A DNA stretch of 64,000 bases. Source: Octopus vulgaris (Eukaryota). Shown one piece after another: positions 1-64,000 of this stretch. The position numbers and the translations under genes are program-made. A model generated the notes under the pieces. It did no database searches, was not told the DNA's origin, and saw nothing but the letters and a program-made list of their open reading frames with translations. The first letter of the stretch is position 1. Every line of letters begins with the position of its first letter. Location of the stretch: the NCBI GenBank assembly GCA_951406725.2, contig OX597830.1, forward strand, positions 42,904,001 through 42,968,000, given 5' to 3'.

Positions 1-492
<492 letters not shown>

Positions 493-1204
493 TAGATATG
501 TGTGTGTGTGTATGTGCGTGTACATATATATACGAAGAGAAGGTAGGTATCCTTATTTCAAGATTTTTTAAAAGAAAAAAATACCGCGGGCGATTTCTCG
601 ATTAAATCCGTCCGATCAATCGATCATGAATAGATAGAGATAATAGATCCAGCAGGCATCGTTCAAGCACTGTAATAAAATCCAAGTTGTGGCTAACCGC
701 ATCGAATGGCATGGAATAACCTAGGACTAATTTAAGGTAACCAATCCCAGTGTATTTAATCCGATGAGTAAATCTTGGTTAGCTTTGCTGGATCAGAAGC
801 AGTTTACTGAGTGTATATGCAAGACAACTGAAATTAAAAAGGACAATATAATATGGTGTTAAACTAATGCCCTCTTGAATACATATTTCGAGTGTACACT
901 TTTTCTTATCAACTTTACACACACATACACACCCAAGCTTTGGTATATATAATGTGTGTGTATGTGTATGTATGTATTTGTGCGAGTAACATACAAATAT
1001 TTACATCCACGCCGACAGAAGAGCAAAGGTGGAGCCACACATCAAGCTATCAGAGAATCAGAAAACGGAACCCAAAAGATAAAAAAAAAATATCATAGTG
1101 GTTAAGATTTGAGAGTTATTTCCCTTGATATAACTGAAACCGTATTGTAAACTTAAATTGAGCGAGCAGGATGGAAATAAGGCTACAGTGCAGAGTCGGA
1201 TTAT

Positions 1205-1344
1205 GTATACGCAAGTTTGCTTCACAACTACATGGTCCCGGGTTCATTCTCACTTCGTGACACATTGGGCAAGCGTCTTCTACAATAGACTCAGGCCGAC
1301 CAAAACCTTGTGAGTGGATTTGGTAGACGGAAAGTGAAAATGTT

Positions 1345-1384
<40 letters not shown>

Positions 1385-1550
1385 GTGTACCCCCAGTGTC
1401 ACTTGACAATCAAAGTTAGTTTTCTTATGACTCACAACATAACGATTCGCTAAAAGTGACCGGTAGAGTAAATACAAGTTTTTAAAAAAAAAAAAAATAC
1501 CGCGGGCGATTTCTCGACCAAATCCGTCAAAGCGGTGCTCCGGCAAAAGA
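1205..1550 (+). mobile_element. tRNA-derived SINE, family A (…ccttgggcaagtgtcttctactatagcctcgggccgaccaaagccttgtgagtggatttggtagacggaaa… with internal (GT)n)
   Basis: The same core recurs at about 2110-2460(-), 6900-7000(-), 14400-14540(+), 25250-25640(+), 25930-26030(+) and 58910-59060(-). Confidence 0.8.
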
Positions 1551-1574
1551 TAAAAAAAACAACGGAATATGTAT

Positions 1575-2066
1575 GCAATATGGAACACACATCCTCAATG
1601 GATGTGCTTTGCCAGTTAGCCGGTCGGCTGCGTTTCGCCACGTGGGAAATAGCTCTCTCGAAGCAGCGGATGTTAAAACATCTGAAGGTCATTAATAGAC
1701 GGGTCAGACAACTCACCTTATGTCCCATCCAGGAGCGATGGACATCGATACTTCATAATCATCAACGTCAGATACCCGAACCGAACCCAAGACAAATTGA
1801 ATAGTCTGTCCATGACTATATGTAAAATAGTCTAAATTCTATCTGCTTTATGCCCGAACGATAATTACACAGGAGTAAATTCAATGACGAAACATCAATG
1901 TCCATCGTTCTTGCACGGGACATAAGTTGAGTTGTCTCGCCTGTCCATGACTAACATTCAGGTGTTTTAACACCCGGCGCTTTGAGAGAGCCATCGTTAA
2001 CATTGAATTGCAGCCGACCGGCAAACAAGCAAAGCACGAACATTGAGTATGCGCGTTCGATATTGT
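1575..2066. mobile_element. Fold-back / MITE-like element with about 185-bp imperfect inverted arms
   Basis: 1575-1760 aligns to the reverse complement of about 1885-2066, e.g. gccggtcggctg / cagccgaccggc and agacaactcaccttatgtccc / gggacataagttgagttgtct. Confidence 0.75.
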
Positions 2067-2462
2067 TTTACAACCTTCAAGCTGCTTCTAATTCATATTT
2101 CCATAAATATATATACTTTTCCTTTATTTGTTTCAGTCATCTTGAGGAGCGTCTTTAGCCGAGAAAATCGACCCCAGAACTTATACTTTGTAAGCCTAGT
2201 ACTTATTCTGTCGTTCTCTTTTGCCGAACTGTTAAGTTGCGGGGACGTAAACACACCAGCATCGATTATCAAGCGATGTTGGGAGGACAACCACAGACAC
2301 GCAAACACATACATATACACACAAACACGCGCGCGCGCACACGCACATACCAAATTCACTCACAAGGCTTTGGTCGGCCCGAGGCTTTAGAACACACTTG
2401 CCCAAGGTGTCACACAATGGGACTGAACCGGGAACTACCACACAGCTACTCCTGCGCCTACA

Positions 2463-2498
<36 letters not shown>

Positions 2499-2719
2499 CA
2501 CGGCAAATTACAAAACGGAGAAGATATAAAATTGACAGACATCAGCCGGTAAACATTCTAGTATGTCTATTTATTCAAATGTTTTGGATGAATACACACA
2601 CATATGCATACAATGTATACAAATGCATTTACACCCTTGTTTATGCAATTAACAGTTTTTTCCACTTGCTAATCTGTACCACTGATACACTTGTGTGTGT
2701 GTGTGTGTGTATTTACAGC

Positions 2720-2986
2720 TGATACGATCAATGAAACAGCCTGCTCGTGAAATTAACGTGCAAGTGACTGAGCAATCCACAGACACCCGTACCCCTAACG
2801 TAGTTCTCAGGGAGATTCAGCGTGACACAAAGTGTGACAAGGCCGGCCCTTTGAAATTTTGCCAGCTGAGTGGACTGGAGTAACGTGAAATAAAGTGTCT
2901 TCCTCAAGGACACAACGCGCCGCCGGGAATCGAACTCACGACCACACAATTGTGAGCCGAATGCCCTAACCACTAAGCCACGCGCC
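2720..2986 (-). mobile_element. tRNA-derived SINE, family B, with clear A and B boxes
   Basis: Minus strand reads ggcgcgTGGCTTAGTGGttagggca…gaGTTCGATTCCcgg. Related copies at about 5190-5535(-) and 14015-14380(+). Confidence 0.85.
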
Positions 2987-3015
2987 TACACACACACACA
3001 CACACACACACACAC

Positions 3016-3046
<31 letters not shown>

Positions 3047-3334
3047 GCACACACACCTCTTTCGTTTACAGCAAGCATTTTTCTTCATATCAAAAGGCAA
3101 TGAACGACCGTTTTAGGAGTTCTAATATGTCTGAAACATATTTGAACTGGTAACAGATTTATATTTATAAGTCACTGTTTAGCTCTTCTAATCCATATTT
3201 TACTACGGCTGGGCACCCAGTTAGCACCACCAATCACACAACGTTGACTGGAATCTATTGAGAAAAATCTAGTTTCGCAGCCAGTTCAAAGTTGCCTCTT
3301 AGATATTGATGAGGATATATAATTACATAGAAAT

Positions 3335-3407
<73 letters not shown>

Positions 3408-3408
<1 letters not shown>

Positions 3409-3620
3409 GGAAAAAAAGTCAAGGTAGAAAATGCTAAAATAATTTTTTAAAAAGCATTTCAGTACCGGTTTCAGTCATTGAGACCTTTTCAATTGTAAGT
3501 ATGGAAAACAATTACATTTTGGAAAAATTAAAAGAAAAGTTTTTTAAAAAGAATATTTGCATAGTGTTCAAATACAAATTTTCCTTGTTTCTGTCTCTCT
3601 TGTTTACTCTTGTGGGTTCG
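3408..3620 (-). mobile_element. Solo Penelope-like terminal repeat (pLTR) with a variant hammerhead motif
   Basis: Homologous to 53755-53990, which lies downstream of a GIY-YIG ORF remnant on the same strand. Confidence 0.7.
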
Positions 3621-3699
3621 ATCTCGAACCCATAAAAGTAAACATATATATATGTATATATGTGTATGTATATGTATGCATACATACACACATTCAGAG

Positions 3700-4575
3700 T
3701 ATGCATGGGAAGCAGTTTTTGATTAAAATCTTTATCTATTTGGCATGCTCTTAGAATATTTCTCCCGCTTGAGAAACACTGGTGTAGACTATGAGAACTG
3801 TGATGCATGAAGGCATTCAATACAAGTTGCATGTACTGAGGAGAGGCAGGAAAACCGTTTGATCCATGCCAAATGGTTACTTATCAAGATTAAAAACCCT
3901 CACGAATATGCCATGCGTAGGTTCTACTCGGATGAGAAAAACTTTAACCAACACTAAAATTCTAACTGATGGTTATATGCAGATCTTTCTGGTGTTCCCA
4001 AAACGATGCACACTAAGTTTCCAACAACTGTTACAGTTTCAGGAGTGGTTTTAGTCATGCCATTCATATCTTTCAACAGGATCTTAGAATTACTGCTGCT
4101 TGATACGTTGAATTGTGTGAGACAGTTGTAAAGCCTTGGATGATTGACCTTTGCAGTGGAAAGCCGTACGTGTTTCAGCAAGACTAAACAACCTCTCACG
4201 AAGCCTAGGTAGCCTCTGAATGGATGTCATACAGTCTTTACAGTGTCGTAACATCAAACTTGTGGCCTCCAGACTCACCAGATTTAAATCCCATGGACTA
4301 CTACATTTGGAGATTTATTGAAAGGGAGGCTAAGTGACATTCTCACAACATCGTAGCTCTACTGAAGGTTACTATTGTCCGAAATGAACAAGAACTATAT
4401 AGTACTGGCAGGTCAACGATTCCGATCTCGCATTGAAAGAGTCATGGAAGCTGAGGGCAGATTCTTCGAATTATTTCATAAGTTTAGGAAGAACATGTGC
4501 ACAAAATCAGAAGTCGTTTAGCTTTTACTAGATAAGAGTAATTTTATTAAATAATTAAATATGTCTTCAAATACC
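3700..4575 (+). mobile_element. Degraded Tc1/mariner-superfamily transposase remnant
   Basis: About 4260-4310 translates LWPPDSPDLNPMDYYIW (WPxxSPDLNP motif). Confidence 0.75.
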
Positions 4576-4653
4576 TCTCGCTACCTGAGTACTCGCATAC
4601 AGAAACACCACACGCATGCACACATACAAAGTCACACACACAGACATATGCAC

Positions 4654-4684
<31 letters not shown>

Positions 4685-4759
4685 GTATTATGTGTGTATG
4701 CTCGCGTGCGCATGCACACAGTTGTAGGTATGGCTTTATGGTTAAAAGGCGGCTCGTTT

Positions 4760-5185
4760 TGCTACTAAATGACTTCCATTGGCGCCAACATCATTAAAGA
4801 AGGAAAAATCACATGGATTCTTAAAGGACAACAGGAAATCTACTACAAGGTTCGCTCCCCACACAATGAACCCCATTTTCTACAGCTATACTTTGTCGAT
4901 GACTTAAAGAGACAAGGCTTATAACAGAAACATCATCTTCCCAGACAGAAAGTTTGAGTCTATTGTTATTCTTCAAGATATGGTCCATGCAAATAACAGA
5001 TATATCAGAATTTTCTAGCACCTACTTTGGAGTTTCAAATTGTCCTCGATGAGCACAAGAGGGCTCCCAAGAAAGCATGCATGTTGTCTCAATGCATCTG
5101 AAGGCTATAAGTCTGCTGCTATTATGAGTGGAGAGCTCGATTGCAAAAACAGATGTCACACTCGTGGTACTCCGTCGGTTATGAC
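4760..5185 (+). mobile_element. Helitron Rep-helicase remnant
   Basis: Degenerate MTSxGA…GQxY…PHFLQLYFV motifs typical of the Helitron Rep N-terminal region. Frameshifted. Confidence 0.55.
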
Positions 5186-6006
5186 GATGGTTCCAGTTAA
5201 CGCGAATAACGGAATAGCCAGCTCGAGAAATTAACGTGTAAGTGGCTGAGCATTTCACAGACACGTGTACCCTTAACATAGTTCTCGGGGAGATTCAGCG
5301 TGACACAGTGTGTGACAAGGCTGGTCCTTTGAAATACAGGTACAACAGAAACAAAGAGTGAGAGAAAATTGTGGTGAAAGAGTACAGCAGGGTTGGCCCT
5401 CCACCATGCCTGAGCCTCGTGGAGTTTTAGGTGTTTTCGCTCAATAAACACTCACAAAACCCGATCTGGGAATCGAAACTGCGCTCCCACTACCGCGAGT
5501 CCTCTACCCTAACCACTGGACCATTGCGCTTCCACTGATGAACAAAGCTAGCACTATCAAAACAACAAATGTGACATGCATCATCATCATCATCATCAAC
5601 AACAACAACAGCAACAAGGTGGCATGCTGGTAGAATCATTAACATGCTGGACTAAATGCTAACCAGTATTTCATCTGAATTTACGTTCTGGGTTCAAATC
5701 CCATTGAAGTTCACTTTGTCTTTCATTCTTTCAGTATTGATAAAATAAATGCTGGTCAAGTACTGGGGTCAATGTAATTGTCTACCTTCTCCTTGGAAAT
5801 TTCTACCCTAAACAAAATATGTGTTTTTGGGTCTACATTAGCAGATGAAGAAAAAAAAAAAAATAATAATAAAGGAATTTACGAAATATCAAATCCGAAA
5901 TTACTATTAAATTTGAGTTCATGACTTTTTTTTAAAATTCTAATTTATTCAAAAAGTTATTTTATTTTTAGATTATAGGAACATAAAACATTGAAGAGAG
6001 AAAGCA

Positions 6007-63353
<57,347 letters not shown>

Positions 63354-64000
63354 GTATGTACCTTACTCACAAATATTTAAAATGTTTCCCTTTCAGAGTA
63401 AATTTTCCTTAAAAATTAATTTTAAGAGAGAAGAAAAGAATTACTCTTTTAAAACAAATTTTACTAAACAAAGATGATGAATGTAATCCATTATTTGGTT
63501 TGACCCAACCACAGGCTTCCTGATTTTTTTCTTTCACACTTTTACTGCCCTTATTCTTGTGCAAATCACATTTGAAATAAAACAAAGAAAAACTAGGTGG
63601 AGCAGGCAATACTTAAAAACTGATTAATATTTTGGGAATATATTTTAGTTAATAAACATCAGTAGAAAGTTAGCATATTCAAAGAAGCTAATTTGTGTTT
63701 AATATTTATTGATAGAATTAGTAGAGTAACAGGCAAAAAAACCTTATCACAATTCTGTTTTTGAGTTCAAATCACACTAAACTTGAATTTGCTTTTTATT
63801 CTTCTGAGATCAGTAAAATAAAATACCAGTCAAATGCTGGTATTGATTTAAAATGACTATACCCTTCCTGAGAATTTTAATCCTTGTACATGTGTAGACT
63901 TGAGAATGCACATATGTAAATATACACAAGCATCTATATATACTCATACACATACATGCAAAAGTGCCCCTACACATGCACATACACACAGACATCCATA

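Noticed and set aside
566-1530. Direct repeat ataccgcgggcgatttctcga..aaatccgtc at 581 and 1497 as a candidate regulatory motif
   Set aside because: It aligns with the degenerate 3' part of SINE family A (compare 27960-28080), so local duplication of repeat sequence is the simpler explanation.
1450-1815. Minus-strand AG|GTGAGT donor near 1716 suggesting a divergent gene, and ORF 1535-1804
   Set aside because: Lies inside one arm of the fold-back element and has no protein similarity that I can recognise.
2925-2986. tRNA-like sequence with A and B boxes
   Set aside because: No complete cloverleaf or acceptor stem; it is the head of a multi-copy SINE.

Overview
This is AT-rich, repeat-dense eukaryotic (animal) DNA. 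The SINE, LINE and microsatellite content looks coleoid cephalopod, probably Octopus; this is an inference. One protein-coding gene spans almost the whole window on the + strand: a divergent TRPM (TRPM2-like) cation channel. I reconstructed 18 coding exons by hand (6007-63353, about 677 aa, MHR1-4 through pre-S1). All intron phases are consistent provided one intron uses a GC donor. The transmembrane part lies beyond the window end. The introns hold many mobile elements: a young 5'-truncated RTE LINE with a PHD-type zinc finger inserted inside its reverse transcriptase, R4/Dong-like LINE ends in (AAT)n tracts, Penelope-like elements, Tc1/mariner remnants, Helitrons, MITEs, three tRNA-SINE families, and 66-bp and 88-bp tandem arrays. 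The most striking non-coding signal is a set of hammerhead-ribozyme motifs from several different repeat families. One has an intact catalytic core, lies in the sense of the TRPM pre-mRNA, and sits inside a 150-bp fold-back. Most ORFs in the supplied track are microsatellite or repeat artefacts.
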